NCBI GenBank assembly: GCA_963782915.1
Contig: CAWALK010000020.1
Coordinates: 320,001-384,000 of the forward strand
Length of the DNA: 64,000 bases
Reading direction: 5' to 3'
Origin: an uncultured archaeon
GTDB taxonomy: Archaea > Thermoproteota > Bathyarchaeia > Bathyarchaeales > Bathycorpusculaceae
Of this stretch, positions 43,368 to 53,610 are shown piece after piece. The translations under genes were made by a program, and so were the position numbers. The notes beneath the pieces are model-generated. The model did no database searches. It was not told the origin of the DNA and saw nothing but the letters and a program-made list of their open reading frames with translations. Each line of letters opens with the position of its first letter. The first letter of the stretch is position 1.

Positions 43368-45133
43368 CAGCTAAAGGTAGCGTTATCCGAGTTGCAGGTC
43401 CAGTCGTTGAAGCCAAAGGCCTTTCAGATTCAGTTATGCATGAAATGGTCGAAGTCGGCAACGACGGCTTGATCGGCGAAATCATCCGTTTAGAAGGCGA
43501 ATACGCCACAATCCAAGTATACCAGAACACCTCTGGCCTAAAACTCAACGAACCGGTAGTAGGTACTGGCAGCCCCCTCTCAGTAGAATTAGGCCCAGGA
43601 TTGTTAGGCAACACCTTCGACGGTATCCAGCGACCTCTCGAAACCATACGGAAACTAACAGGCGCATTCATCAAGCAAACCCACGGCGTAACAGCGCTCG
43701 ACAGAGAGAAAAAATGGACTTTTACCCCTAAAGCTAAAGTCGGCGCAAAACTCGTAGGCGGCGACATCTTGGGAGTAGTCCAAGAAACCGACTTAGTCGA
43801 GCACCGCGTCATGGTGCCCATCGGCGTTTCAGGCAAACTCACATCAATCGCCGCTAAAGGCGACTACACAATAGTCGAAACAATCGCCACATTAGACACA
43901 GACGGAAAAAAAACCGATGTACAAATGCTCCAAAAGTGGCCAGTCAGAAAACCCAGACCCCACACCAAACGCCTCTTCGCCACCGCCCCCCTAATCACAG
44001 GGCAACGCGTCATCGACACATTCTTCCCCATAGCAAAAGGCGGAAGCGCAGCCATCCCCGGACCTTTCGGCGCAGGTAAAACCGTCACCCAACAGCAACT
44101 CGCCAAATGGTCAGACGCCAACATCGTCATCTACGTTGGCTGCGGAGAACGCGGTAACGAAATGGTCGATGTCCTCGACTCCTTCCCTAAACTGCTTGAC
44201 CCAACCACCGGGCATCCACTCATGGAACGCACAATCCTCGTCGCGAACACGAGCAACATGCCTGTTTCTGCCCGTGAAGCCAGCATCTACACAGGCATCA
44301 CCTTGGCCGAATACTACCGTGACATGGGCTACAACGTGGCGTTGATGGCGGATTCAACCAGCAGATGGGCAGAAGCCCTCCGAGAAGTCTCGGGAAGGCT
44401 CGAAGAAATGCCCGCTGAAGAAGGCTTCCCAAGCTATCTACCATCAAGATTAGCCGAATTCTATGAACGCACAGGAGTCGTCGAAACATTAGGCAGCGAC
44501 GAACGTGTCGGTTCAATCTGCGCCATCGGAGCTGTTTCCCCTCCGGGCGGAGACTTCTCAGAACCAGTCACCCAACACACCAAACGTTTCACCCGAGTCT
44601 TCTGGGCGTTGGATGCTGAACTTGCAGATGCCCGCCACTACCCCAGCATTAACTGGATGGCAAGCTACAGCGGCTACATCGCTGACCTCGCCGGTTGGTG
44701 GCACAAAAACGTGGATGAAAAATGGAATAGCTACCGCGAAGAAGCCATGCGCATACTTCAAGCCGAAGACGAACTCAAAAACATCGTCAAACTCGTCGGC
44801 CCCGAAGCCCTACCCGACAAACAGCGCTTAATCCTTGAAACCGCCCGAATAATCCGCATAGCCTTCTTACAGCAGAACGCACTCGACGCAATCGACACCT
44901 ATTGTAGCCCGCAGAAGCAGTTTAAGATGCTAAAAATCATCGTTGACTTCCACCGCCTCGCAGACAACGTCGTGAGCAAAGGTGCGCCAATCTTTAAAGT
45001 CACCGAGTTACCCGTCACAGAAGACATTATGCGCATGAAAAGCAGCATCCCCAACGACCAGATCGCTCGGTTAGATGATGTGGAAAAGAAGATGTATGAT
45101 AACATTGCAATGTTGGAGGCAACTCTGAGGTAA
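43364..45133 (+). CDS. atpA: A/V-type ATP synthase subunit A
   Basis: GPFGAGKT P-loop, [21 protein letters not shown]. Confidence 0.98.
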   Translation: MTAKGSVIRVAGPVVEAKGLSDSVMHEMVEVGNDGLIGEIIRLEGEYATIQVYQNTSGLKLNEPVVGTGSPLSVELGPGLLGNTFDGIQRPLETIRKLTGAFIKQTHGVTALDREKKWTFTPKAKVGAKLVGGDILGVVQETDLVEHRVMVPIGVSGKLTSIAAKGDYTIVETIATLDTDGKKTDVQMLQKWPVRKPRPHTKRLFATAPLITGQRVIDTFFPIAKGGSAAIPGPFGAGKTVTQQQLAKWSDANIVIYVGCGERGNEMVDVLDSFPKLLDPTTGHPLMERTILVANTSNMPVSAREASIYTGITLAEYYRDMGYNVALMADSTSRWAEALREVSGRLEEMPAEEGFPSYLPSRLAEFYERTGVVETLGSDERVGSICAIGAVSPPGGDFSEPVTQHTKRFTRVFWALDAELADARHYPSINWMASYSGYIADLAGWWHKNVDEKWNSYREEAMRILQAEDELKNIVKLVGPEALPDKQRLILETARIIRIAFLQQNALDAIDTYCSPQKQFKMLKIIVDFHRLADNVVSKGAPIFKVTELPVTEDIMRMKSSIPNDQIARLDDVEKKMYDNIAMLEATLR

Positions 45134-45138
45134 TTATT

Positions 45139-46538
45139 ATGGCTGGTATAGGTTTAGAGTATAAAGGTTTAGCTTCAATTTCAGGACCCATCATCGTTGT
45201 CGAAAACGTCAAGAACGTAGGCTACGATGAACTTGTCTCAGTTAAAACCCAGAGTGGCGAAACCCGCCTGGGCAAAGTTATCCAGGTTAGCCAAAAAGCC
45301 GTCATGGTGCAGGTCTTCGAAGGCACCACAGGATTATCTCTATCGCAGACACGCACACGCTTCCTCGGCCACTCCTTGGAAGTGCCGGTTTCAACGGAAA
45401 TGTTGGGGCGAGTCATGAACAGCTTTGGCGAACCCATCGACGGTCACCCAAGGTTCTTCACGGATGAAAAACGCGATGTTAACGGTTTCCCACTTAATCC
45501 CAACGCACGAGAGTACCCAAGAGACTTCATCCAAACAGGCATATCCGCCATCGACGGCTTAACCAGCCTTGTCCGCGGGCAAAAGTTGCCAGTGTTTTCT
45601 GGTCCGGGTTTATCCCATAACGAATTAGCCGCCCAAATCGTGCGTCAAGCGCAGATTCGCAGTGCCAACGAACCCTTCAACATCGTCTTCATCGCCATGG
45701 GCCTCGAACACGACGACGCAGCCTACTTCAAAAAGAGCTTTGAAGAAACAGGCGCAATCAAAAACGTCGCCATGTTCCTCAACCTCGCCGAAGACCCTCC
45801 GGTTGAGCGTATCATTACACCCCGCGCAGGCTTAACCCTCGCAGAATACCTCGCATTCGAAGAAGACTCACATGTACTCGTTATCATGACGGACATGACA
45901 AACTACTGCGAAGCCCTCCGAGAAGTCAGCTCTTCCATGGAGGAAGTGCCAAGCCGCAAAGGCTACCCCGGCTACATGTACAGCGACTTAGCCAGCATCT
46001 ACGAACGCGCAGGCAGAGTCATCGGCAAAAAAGGCAGCATCACCCAGATGCCCATCTTAACCATGCCAAACGACGACATCACCCACCCAATCCCAGACTT
46101 AACCGGTTACATCACCGAAGGACAAATCGTCCTCTCGCCGCAGTCTTGGAAAAACAGGGGATTTATCCGCCAATCTACATCTCAACCAGCCTCTCCCGAT
46201 TAATGAAAGACGGCATCGGCAAAGGCAGCACCCGCGAAGACCACGCAAACGTCTCAAGCCAACTCTACTCAGCTTACGCCCAATATAACTCGGTCAAATC
46301 ACTGGTTACCATCATCGGCGAAGAAGGCTTAGGCACACGCGACAAAGAATACCTCAGATTCGGCGAACGCTTCGAAAAAACCCTGATTAACCAAGGCAAA
46401 AACGAGAACCGCACAATCGAACAAACCCTTGACATCGCCTGGGACGCATTAAGCGACTTGCCCGAAGAAGAATTAACCTCAATCAAACCCGAATACATCC
46501 AAAAGTACCTACCGAAAACCGATACCGAAGTAAAGTAG
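45139..46538 (+). CDS. atpB: A/V-type ATP synthase subunit B (frameshift near 46140)
   Basis: [43 protein letters not shown]. Confidence 0.97.
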
Positions 46539-46546
46539 GCACAAAG

Positions 46547-47218
46547 ATGTCTTCGGAAAACATATCCCCAACAAGGATTAACCTCATCCAAACCAAAAAG
46601 ACTCTGCGTCTTGCGGAGTCTGGACGTGAGGTTCTGGAGCGCAAACGCGACATTCTCCTCCGCGAGCTCAGGGGCAGCGTTTATGATGCTGAGAAGACGC
46701 GGGAGGATTTGTTGGAGGTTCTTGTAAAGGCTTATTCTAGCTTAAAGGAAGCTAACATGGCTAAAGGCTCTGAAGCCATCGCAAATACCGCATTAACCAG
46801 CAGCCACCAAGCGGAATACCTGATCGATTACAGAAGCATCATGGGCGTAACAGTGCCCGTCGTCAATTTCCAAGCAACCCCCGACCTTAAACCCGATTAC
46901 GGCTTCGCCAACACCAGCGCCGAACTAGACAAGGCATTTAAGCAGTTCTACCGTGTACTAGAATTACTTGCGCACCTCGCCAAAGCCGAAGGAACAACTT
47001 TCCAAATAGCTAACGACGTACGCAGAACCCAGCGCCGTGTCAACGCCCTCAACTATGTGCTTATTCCACGTTACCGCAGCACCGCCAAACGGATTGAACA
47101 GGTCCTAGAAGAGAAAGACCGCGAAGAATTCGTTAGAACTAAAAAAATTAAGGGCATGATAAAAAAGAAAGAAATGCAAGAGAGGGAGATTGAAGAATTT
47201 GAAGAAGTTCAGCAGTGA
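46547..47218 (+). CDS. atpD: A/V-type ATP synthase subunit D
   Basis: PTRINL, LERKRDIL, TQRRVNALNYVLIP. Confidence 0.96.
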   Translation: MSSENISPTRINLIQTKKTLRLAESGREVLERKRDILLRELRGSVYDAEKTREDLLEVLVKAYSSLKEANMAKGSEAIANTALTSSHQAEYLIDYRSIMGVTVPVVNFQATPDLKPDYGFANTSAELDKAFKQFYRVLELLAHLAKAEGTTFQIANDVRRTQRRVNALNYVLIPRYRSTAKRIEQVLEEKDREEFVRTKKIKGMIKKKEMQEREIEEFEEVQQ

Positions 47219-47645
47219 AACTATCCAGAAAATTCTAGTTCCCACCGACGGCTCCGAACATAGCATTCGTGCAGCGGAATATGCTATCAGCGTCGCTAAA
47301 ACGCATAATGCACAGGTGATGCTGGTTTATGTGGTTGATGAAGTTGTTATTGACCAGTTTTCTAAGGCTGCCGAGCGCGATGTGGTTGAGGCGGAATTGA
47401 AGAATGATGGTCAACGATTCATCCATTATGTTGTTGGTTTGGCGGAGAAGGAAGGCGTCAAATCTACCTCGATGCTTGTAAAGGGCAGACCCTTTGAACA
47501 GATTGTAAATATTACTAAAAGCTTCGATATCGATTTGGTTGTGATGGGTACCTATGGCCGCCGAGGCCCAGAGCGTATCTTAATCGGTAGTGTGGCTGAA
47601 CGCGTCATCGAATATGCACCCTGCCCAGTGCTCGTCATAAAATAA
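47190..47645 (+). CDS. Universal stress protein (UspA family)
   Basis: KILVPTDGSEHS, DLVVMGTYG, IGSVAERV..APCPVLVIK. Confidence 0.93.
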   Translation: MKNLKKFSSETIQKILVPTDGSEHSIRAAEYAISVAKTHNAQVMLVYVVDEVVIDQFSKAAERDVVEAELKNDGQRFIHYVVGLAEKEGVKSTSMLVKGRPFEQIVNITKSFDIDLVVMGTYGRRGPERILIGSVAERVIEYAPCPVLVIK

Positions 47646-47664
47646 ACAATTGGAAGCCACATCC

Positions 47665-47808
47665 ATGTCCACTTTAGACAAACTGCAAAATGACTATCGA
47701 AGCTTTATTGAAAATGTCGAGCGCACAGCGGCGGCGGATATAGAAAAAATCCGCTCAGACCTCAATGCCCTCAAAGAGAAAGCGGCGCAGTTTAATAAAA
47801 CCGCTTAA
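47665..47808 (+). CDS. 47-aa coiled-coil microprotein (not in ORF track)
   Basis: MSTLDKLQNDYRSFIENVERTAAADIEKIRSDLNALKEKAAQFNKTA fills the usp-atpK gap. Confidence 0.6.
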   Translation: MSTLDKLQNDYRSFIENVERTAAADIEKIRSDLNALKEKAAQFNKTA

Positions 47809-47904
47809 TTCCTTTTCTATACCGAGCGAAGACGTGCTTAAAGAGAAAAAAGTTAATAGCTAACCTTACTGTGGTTTTACAATAGTATTGGAGTTTGACG
47901 TGAG

Positions 47905-48243
47905 TTGAAACGAAAACTATTGCTATTCGTTATAACTACGCTTGTGCTTGTACCTCTTATGGGCATGGCCGCAGCACTAACCGTTCAAACCGTTCAAGAA
48001 CAAAACACTACAACACCCGCTGGTTCTTATGACCGCGTTGCCATTGCAATCGCAGCGACATTAGCCATTAGCATCCCCGGTTTAGCTGCTGGATTAGCCA
48101 TTTCTTCTGCTGGTACCGCTGCAATTAGTGCCTTAGCTGAGAAACCTGAAACCTTCTTCAGGAGCTTTCTGATTGTTGCGTTGGCCGAAGCGTTGGCAAT
48201 TTACGGTTTAATTATGGGTATCTTGCTCTGGCTAAAACTTTAA
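47905..48243 (+). CDS. atpK: A/V-type ATP synthase proteolipid subunit K (c)
   Basis: AEKPETF..IVALAEALAIYGL hairpin; extra N-terminal signal-like helix. Confidence 0.93.
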   Translation: MKRKLLLFVITTLVLVPLMGMAAALTVQTVQEQNTTTPAGSYDRVAIAIAATLAISIPGLAAGLAISSAGTAAISALAEKPETFFRSFLIVALAEALAIYGLIMGILLWLKL

Positions 48244-48358
48244 ATCGCCAAGCTTAACCCCCTTAAAACCGCACAAATTTTTCTTTTTTATTATTCTCTA
48301 CATTCCCTCGATTTGACGGACTAGAAGGAAAAGAGCCTTTTAGCCCAAAAAGAGGTTT

Positions 48359-49867
48359 TTATTGCTGTTGATTCTGCGGTTTTTTCTCGTTATCCTTGAT
48401 AGCCTGCTTTGAGGCTGCCATGGCGATTTCACTCATCCGCGAAATAGCATCTAATCCCCAACGAAGCGCAGTAGCTGGGTCAGAAGCAGCATACTGTGCC
48501 ATAGCCGCTCCCGTTTGTCTAACATTTTCGCTGGGCTGCGACGGGTTTGAGGGATTATTCATCATATCAGAAAACGTTGACATCCCAACTGATAGGGCGG
48601 TTTCTTGAAGCGTACCCGTTAGGGCTCTGGCGGAGGATTCTTCATTGGGAAAAATCATGCCTGAAAGTATGCCTGCGATTGCATCCGAAAATGCTGGGTC
48701 ACTTTTACTTTTTTGCCCCGTTAATTCCACCCATTGAAGCCACGCTTGATTCATGTTCCTATTACGCAACAAGCCCAGTATGAAGGCTGAAAGCCTAAAG
48801 CCATACCCACACTTGCCTTCGATACGTTTTGTGTAGGGTGTTAATGCTGGGGCGGAGAAGTCATTGTTTATCATGCATGTTTGGGCGGTTTCTGCTGCGT
48901 ATTTTGCGCTTAGAAGCCCCATTTGGATGCCTTCGCCGTTATAGGGGTTGACGAGTCCTGCGGCTAAACCGATAACTATGACTCTGTTGCCGATGAGGGG
49001 GACTTGTTCGTCATGGAGGTTTAGTTGGGCAACCTCGATGTTGCCTTTGATTTTGGCGTTTTTGAGGCGAATCCTCATTGCTTCGTCGTTTTGGATGAGT
49101 TTTTTAAGCAACTCTTCGGGGGTCTCTGTTGGTGGAGTGCAGCCTGCTACTATGCCGATGCCCACGTTTGCTTCGTATTTGCTTGTTGGAAAAATCCAGC
49201 TGTAGCCGGGGAAGCTGTCGTTGCCATAGAACAGGTTTGCTTCGTTGGGTGCGCCTGTTACATTTTCAAAGATGGCTCTTGCAACGTATGCGCGTTCGGT
49301 TTTTGACCATTCTGTTCCCTTTAGTTTGCGGGCAACTATGGAGTTGGGTCCGTCGGCTCCGATTAGCAGGCGGGCTCGGATTGTCTTTATCTGTTTGTAA
49401 TGTTCAGCGATGACTGTGACCCAGTCGTTTTCGACGGCAAAATTGATTACTGAGGCTCCTTCGAGGATATTTGCGCCTGCATTGCGTGCCGCTTCCGAAA
49501 CTGCGTTCTCTAAAACTTTTTTTGGGACAATCCTTGCATACCGTGGCATGTCTTCGACAGCCGGGAAATCGTCTGTAACGAGTTTTTTGCCGCTCAGATA
49601 CACGGTGGCATGGTCGATTATGTTGGTTTCTATGATTTGGGGCATGCTTGTTACGCCGAGGTTTTGGAGTTCACGCAACGCGCCTGGGCTTACGCAATAA
49701 CCCAAGTCTCCCCCACGCGGGGAATACTTTTGCTCAAGAACCGTAACTCTCAGACCTGCTTTAGCCATGTAGGTTGCTGCGGTTGCACCGGCTGCTCCTG
49801 CGCCAATAACAACTACGTCGGCGTCAAGGATAGCTTCTAAACGCGGGGTACTCCTCTGTTGTGACAT
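48359..49867 (-). CDS. Geranylgeranyl reductase family FAD oxidoreductase
   Basis: VIGAGAAG, IGADGPNS, YSWIFP, ANVGIG, NPYNGEGI. Confidence 0.85.
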   Translation of the reverse strand: MSQQRSTPRLEAILDADVVVIGAGAAGATAATYMAKAGLRVTVLEQKYSPRGGDLGYCVSPGALRELQNLGVTSMPQIIETNIIDHATVYLSGKKLVTDDFPAVEDMPRYARIVPKKVLENAVSEAARNAGANILEGASVINFAVENDWVTVIAEHYKQIKTIRARLLIGADGPNSIVARKLKGTEWSKTERAYVARAIFENVTGAPNEANLFYGNDSFPGYSWIFPTSKYEANVGIGIVAGCTPPTETPEELLKKLIQNDEAMRIRLKNAKIKGNIEVAQLNLHDEQVPLIGNRVIVIGLAAGLVNPYNGEGIQMGLLSAKYAAETAQTCMINNDFSAPALTPYTKRIEGKCGYGFRLSAFILGLLRNRNMNQAWLQWVELTGQKSKSDPAFSDAIAGILSGMIFPNEESSARALTGTLQETALSVGMSTFSDMMNNPSNPSQPSENVRQTGAAMAQYAASDPATALRWGLDAISRMSEIAMAASKQAIKDNEKKPQNQQQ

Positions 49868-50020
49868 TAACGTGCCCTCTCTTTGTACTCGAGTTAACAC
49901 TTAATGGGTTATAGCGTATTAAAAATTTGTTCATCCGCCATAATATTTGGAGTGCCTAGAGGCTATAGCTGAGGGTAGGCTGGTTTAACTTTCTCTGCTC
50001 TACCTATCAAAAATTGTTTC

Positions 50021-50260
50021 TATATATAAGGGAGGGGGGTAGCTGGCAGAGCAGCAGAAGTTGCCTATTTATTCTTTATATAAGGGAGGGGTAGGTGCTC
50101 TGAGGTAGGTAGGTCCGCTAAGCCTAAATCTGTTCTGTTTAGCGGATTACTCCACAACCAAACTCAACCCGCCATAAACGCAGACCAGCCAAAACACAGC
50201 CGCCAGTCAAGCCCGCTGTAGTTGTTGTTGAAATAAGAGGAGCTCAAAGCAACAATTAAC
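50021..50260 (+). repeat. Mosaic intergenic repeat: two motif B copies (50021, 50076), motif C (~50128), motif A (50221)
   Basis: Motif C TCTGTTCTGYTT(A)GCGGWTTACTCCACWACCA also near 3765; motif A matches 3853. Confidence 0.8.
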
Positions 50261-50422
50261 AAAATGAAAACAAACCCCACCAACTTTTAATCCATACATA
50301 ATAAAAGGAGACGCTCAGTCCTTCCAATAATAAATCGCTTCATCGACTGCCCAATCAACAGGCAATGTAACCCTTAATTAGCGTTTCAAGACACAAAGTA
50401 CTGCGTATTAGAAGCGGTTTTT

Positions 50423-50890
50423 ATGTCCCTTGTTGACTTTTTTTCGTCCCTAAAATACGATTTTTCCAGTTTTCTCAACGGCCGCAGCGAAATTAACACA
50501 GACGTCTTCTTGTACCCCAGTAAGTACGCGATATGTTTGCCCATGGAGAAGTTGGTAGCTGACTCAAAAGTATCACGGCAAGGTGTAGAGGTTTACAAAC
50601 AGAAAATCGCTGAGAACCAAAAAATTAACCCAATAATCGTGGTTAAACATCCCCGCAAAGACCTCTACGCCGTTTTGGATGGTCACCACCGATACTACGC
50701 TTTTTTGGAGATGGGCCGAAAAGAGGTCGATTGTGCTCTTGCAGGAGATTACTCAAGTGTAATTTTCTATTTAACCCAGCATGGCTATTTTCAGCCCAGC
50801 CCCGAGTTCACGGAGGGGTTTAGGCAACCTGCAATTCGGCTGCATCAAAACTTGAAGCAGTTTTTAGCGAATTTCCTCAATAAATCCTAG
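50423..50890 (+). CDS. ParB/sulfiredoxin-like N-terminal domain protein
   Basis: INPIIVV..YAVLDGHHRY. Confidence 0.8.
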   Translation: MSLVDFFSSLKYDFSSFLNGRSEINTDVFLYPSKYAICLPMEKLVADSKVSRQGVEVYKQKIAENQKINPIIVVKHPRKDLYAVLDGHHRYYAFLEMGRKEVDCALAGDYSSVIFYLTQHGYFQPSPEFTEGFRQPAIRLHQNLKQFLANFLNKS

Positions 50891-50896
50891 CTATGG

Positions 50897-51037
50897 TTAG
50901 TCGTCGATTGTTTCTGTCATTTCTTTGCCGCAACACCAAGGGGCTTTTTCGATGTTTCGTTTAACGTCGCCTGTACAGGAAACCTCAAACTCCGCTCGCA
51001 CTTTGCGACGGCAAATGGAGCATTCAAACATTGGCAA
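50897..51037 (-). CDS. 46-aa desulforedoxin-like Cys microprotein (not in ORF track)
   Basis: FECSICRR...PWCCGKEM. Confidence 0.7.
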   Translation of the reverse strand: MPMFECSICRRKVRAEFEVSCTGDVKRNIEKAPWCCGKEMTETIDD

Positions 51038-51298
51038 TCTAGCGCTTAGCCTCAATTCATGTAGAAGAAATTTAATCTATTAACGTTTCCTGAGGTTCTT
51101 TTCAAACGGATTGGTAAATTCAGCGGATCTGCCTGAATATTATGTGCTTAAGTGCATAGCCTTATAAGTGTCTACGCACCTATATGTTTATGTGAATAAG
51201 TGAATCACAGCGAACAAAGAAAAACAACCAAACAACGCAATAAAGAAATTATCCATCACTTACCACAAAAACATATACAAGCAAACAAGTGACAAAAA

Positions 51299-51439
51299 TT
51301 GGGCCGCATCAACGTTGACATCACAGACGAAATAGAAAAACAACTAAGACTAAAAACCGTAGAACGCTTCGGAGGCAAAAAAGGCGACTTATCCAAAGCG
51401 GTCCAAGAAGCAATACAAACATGGATCAAACAAGAATAA
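51299..51439 (+). CDS. 46-aa ribbon-helix-helix protein (not in ORF track)
   Basis: MGRINVDITDEIEKQLRLKTVERFGGKKGDLSKAVQEAIQTWIKQE. Confidence 0.8.
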   Translation: MGRINVDITDEIEKQLRLKTVERFGGKKGDLSKAVQEAIQTWIKQE

Positions 51440-51548
51440 CAAAAGAAGCCTCCGTTCCCCGAAACCTAATAACTAAATTATCAAGACGCCACTCAAAAAG
51501 GCACAGGGACCAGTTAGCCTCGAATATCCTGCCTGGAAAGGCGGGTAT

Positions 51549-51788
51549 ATGGGCAATCTATCTGGCAGTCCCCTTTTAGAAAAAAGTTCAAGCAATTCTC
51601 AGACGAATAAGCATTTAATTAATAAGGTGAAAAAAGTGGAAAATAAAAAATTAGAAATTGTTTTTACCGACAAGGAAGGGAAATGGTACCCCTTAGACGA
51701 AGTTGACCATGAAACGTTAGCAGAAGGTTTAAGAAAGGTTACTGAAGAAGTCGCCAAACGTCTGCAGTTGCAAAAAGAGCAAAGATAG
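51549..51788 (+). CDS. Hypothetical protein (start may be near 51636)
   Basis: ORF; AGGTGA upstream of an internal GTG. Confidence 0.5.
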   Translation: MGNLSGSPLLEKSSSNSQTNKHLINKVKKVENKKLEIVFTDKEGKWYPLDEVDHETLAEGLRKVTEEVAKRLQLQKEQR

Positions 51789-51856
51789 AATTTTAGTTTC
51801 CATCTCTTTGAAGCTTAAATACACCTTAGCACTAACAGGATAATGGAGATTTACTT

Positions 51857-52174
51857 ATGGGTAGTTTTTCAGTGACTTTAACCCCAATATGGGAAGCTTT
51901 TTTGAAAGGTTTAGCAGACGACCACGACACAGACGTCAGTAATGTGATTAGTGGCTTGTGTGACTGGGCTTTTTCCAGCTCTGATTATAAAGTGCAGTTT
52001 GAAGATTGGTTGGATAAGGCTTATCCGCCCAAAGGTCAAGCCGAAGACAGAGCAAAAGTTCAGGGCGAAGAAAAAAGCGCACGTGAAGAAGCGCTGCAAG
52101 ATAGAGAGGAAGAAGAAGCCCATGAAGACAGAGACTACAATGAAGATAGATCAGAGGCAGAAAAGTATGAATGA
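51857..52174 (+). CDS. Hypothetical protein with acidic tail
   Basis: ORF with GGAG upstream. Confidence 0.6.
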   Translation: MGSFSVTLTPIWEAFLKGLADDHDTDVSNVISGLCDWAFSSSDYKVQFEDWLDKAYPPKGQAEDRAKVQGEEKSAREEALQDREEEEAHEDRDYNEDRSEAEKYE

Positions 52175-52414
52175 GAAAGAAACCATAAAGAAAACTGAGC
52201 AAGAACCAACATCTCAGACCTCTCACCTAAAAAAGCAGCCGCCACGATACGCCTATGAGGACAAAAAAGAAGCGCCAAAAATCCACGAATCCGAAACAGA
52301 GGCTAAACCGAAAAAACAAAGGCAACAAAAAAGAGAACGCTAAAAGCCTATCCCTAAATGGGTTACAAGCGTCTTTAGATGCTCGTCTGGCATTTCCAAA
52401 CAGTACGACGCTCT

Positions 52415-52436
52415 GTTGCTGGGGAGCCACAGTTAC
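52415..52436 (+). promoter_or_regulatory. 22-bp palindromic operator copy 1
   Basis: GTTGCTGGGGAGCCACAGTTAC followed by ACAG and TTAATA. Confidence 0.75.
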
Positions 52437-52509
52437 ACAGGCTTAATAGCCATTTATGCCCTTATGTTGCTTAAAGGTGTAACTTTTGAGTAATCTCATT
52501 ATTGATAAT

Positions 52510-52908
52510 ATGTCTTTAACAAGTCTCCTTGTAACTATTGTTGGCTTGATTATTATTTGGATAGTAGTCTCTATACCCGTATGGTTAGCGGGCAAAACAG
52601 TAACCGGTGGAAAAGGTACCTTTGGCGAAGCCATGCTTGCTACACTGCTTGGCCCAATAGTTTACGCGGTCACATTGATTTTGGTGGATGTCTTTCTGGG
52701 AACGATAATTGGTCCTGGGGCTTACATAATTGCGTTAATTTTAGCGTTCATAGCTTGGATATGGGTTTACAAAGCAAGCTTCAAAACGGGTTGGCTAGGC
52801 GGTATTGCAATTGCCATACTTGCAGTGATAATCTTTACAGTGATGAGCTTCGTGTTGGGAATCCTATTTGGTTTAGCCGTTCCTGCTCCATTCTTCCCCC
52901 ACTTCTAA
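52510..52908 (+). CDS. Membrane protein (4 TM)
   Basis: Hydrophobic; WIWVYKASFKTGWLGG. Confidence 0.8.
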   Translation: MSLTSLLVTIVGLIIIWIVVSIPVWLAGKTVTGGKGTFGEAMLATLLGPIVYAVTLILVDVFLGTIIGPGAYIIALILAFIAWIWVYKASFKTGWLGGIAIAILAVIIFTVMSFVLGILFGLAVPAPFFPHF

Positions 52909-52939
52909 ATGGAGGAAAAGAGCAATAATTAACTCTCTT

Positions 52940-52961
52940 GTTGATGTGGCAACCCAGTCAC
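52940..52961 (+). promoter_or_regulatory. 22-bp palindromic operator copy 2
   Basis: GTTGATGTGGCAACCCAGTCAC followed by ACAG and ATTTAT. Confidence 0.75.
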
Positions 52962-53014
52962 ACAGCTATTTATCCCCACAATCAGTATTCATATCAAATT
53001 AAGTTGGTTTATTA

Positions 53015-53431
53015 ATGGCAACTCCAGAAGATATAAAAAATATACTTGGCTCAAACGAGAAGGTTGAGCTCTACATTGAGGAAAAAATTTATCATCCTCG
53101 AATAAACATCGAATCCGTAATCATAACAAATGAACGGATAATTTTTAGGCACCCTCATGCACTTGGTTTGAAGAAGGATTACACCGATTACAGCTATAGA
53201 GATATAACAAACGTAACGTTGGACAAAGGAATAGTACGTTCGACAATCAAACTTACGCTCAAGCAGGTGGGAGAGCATCAGGAGAAACAGCAAGAAGACG
53301 AGCATCTGGATTTGGATAACTTGCCGAATGACCTTGCAGAAAAAGGATATGGCATTATAAGAGAAAATATTGGGAAATTCCAATCGCCCTTTTCCACCGG
53401 ATACGCTACTATTCCCAACGCCCCAAAATAG
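53015..53431 (+). CDS. Bacterial-type PH domain protein
   Basis: VIITNERIIF, DYSYRDITNVTLDKGIVRSTI. Confidence 0.8.
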   Translation: MATPEDIKNILGSNEKVELYIEEKIYHPRINIESVIITNERIIFRHPHALGLKKDYTDYSYRDITNVTLDKGIVRSTIKLTLKQVGEHQEKQQEDEHLDLDNLPNDLAEKGYGIIRENIGKFQSPFSTGYATIPNAPK

Positions 53432-53610
53432 TCGTTTAAGCAATCGTAGGCTAACCCTTTTTTTTATTAGCCTTTGAACGGTTACTATAACGCTAAATGT
53501 TCAACACTATTGTTGGTTTGCTATCGAATCTAGCCCATTTATCTTTTTAATTTTTTTAAATCCTCAATAAACATAAATATGTATTTTAACAAAATATTCT
53601 CGAGACCCGA

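Noticed and set aside
1-46538. Frameshifts in prs, lplA, cysS, the methylthiotransferase, pirin, atpC, atpE, atpB and others as pseudogenes or programmed frameshifting
   Set aside because: They hit essential genes at scattered positions with no shared slippery motif; sequencing indels are the simplest explanation.
43309-46591. Long antisense and alternate-frame ORFs over the ATPase genes (and similar ones elsewhere)
   Set aside because: Shadow ORFs of well-supported genes with biased codon usage; no protein motifs.
50423-50890. ParB-like gene with nearby repeats as a partition (parABS) locus
   Set aside because: The protein is only the short ParB/Srx domain without an HTH, and no parA is present.
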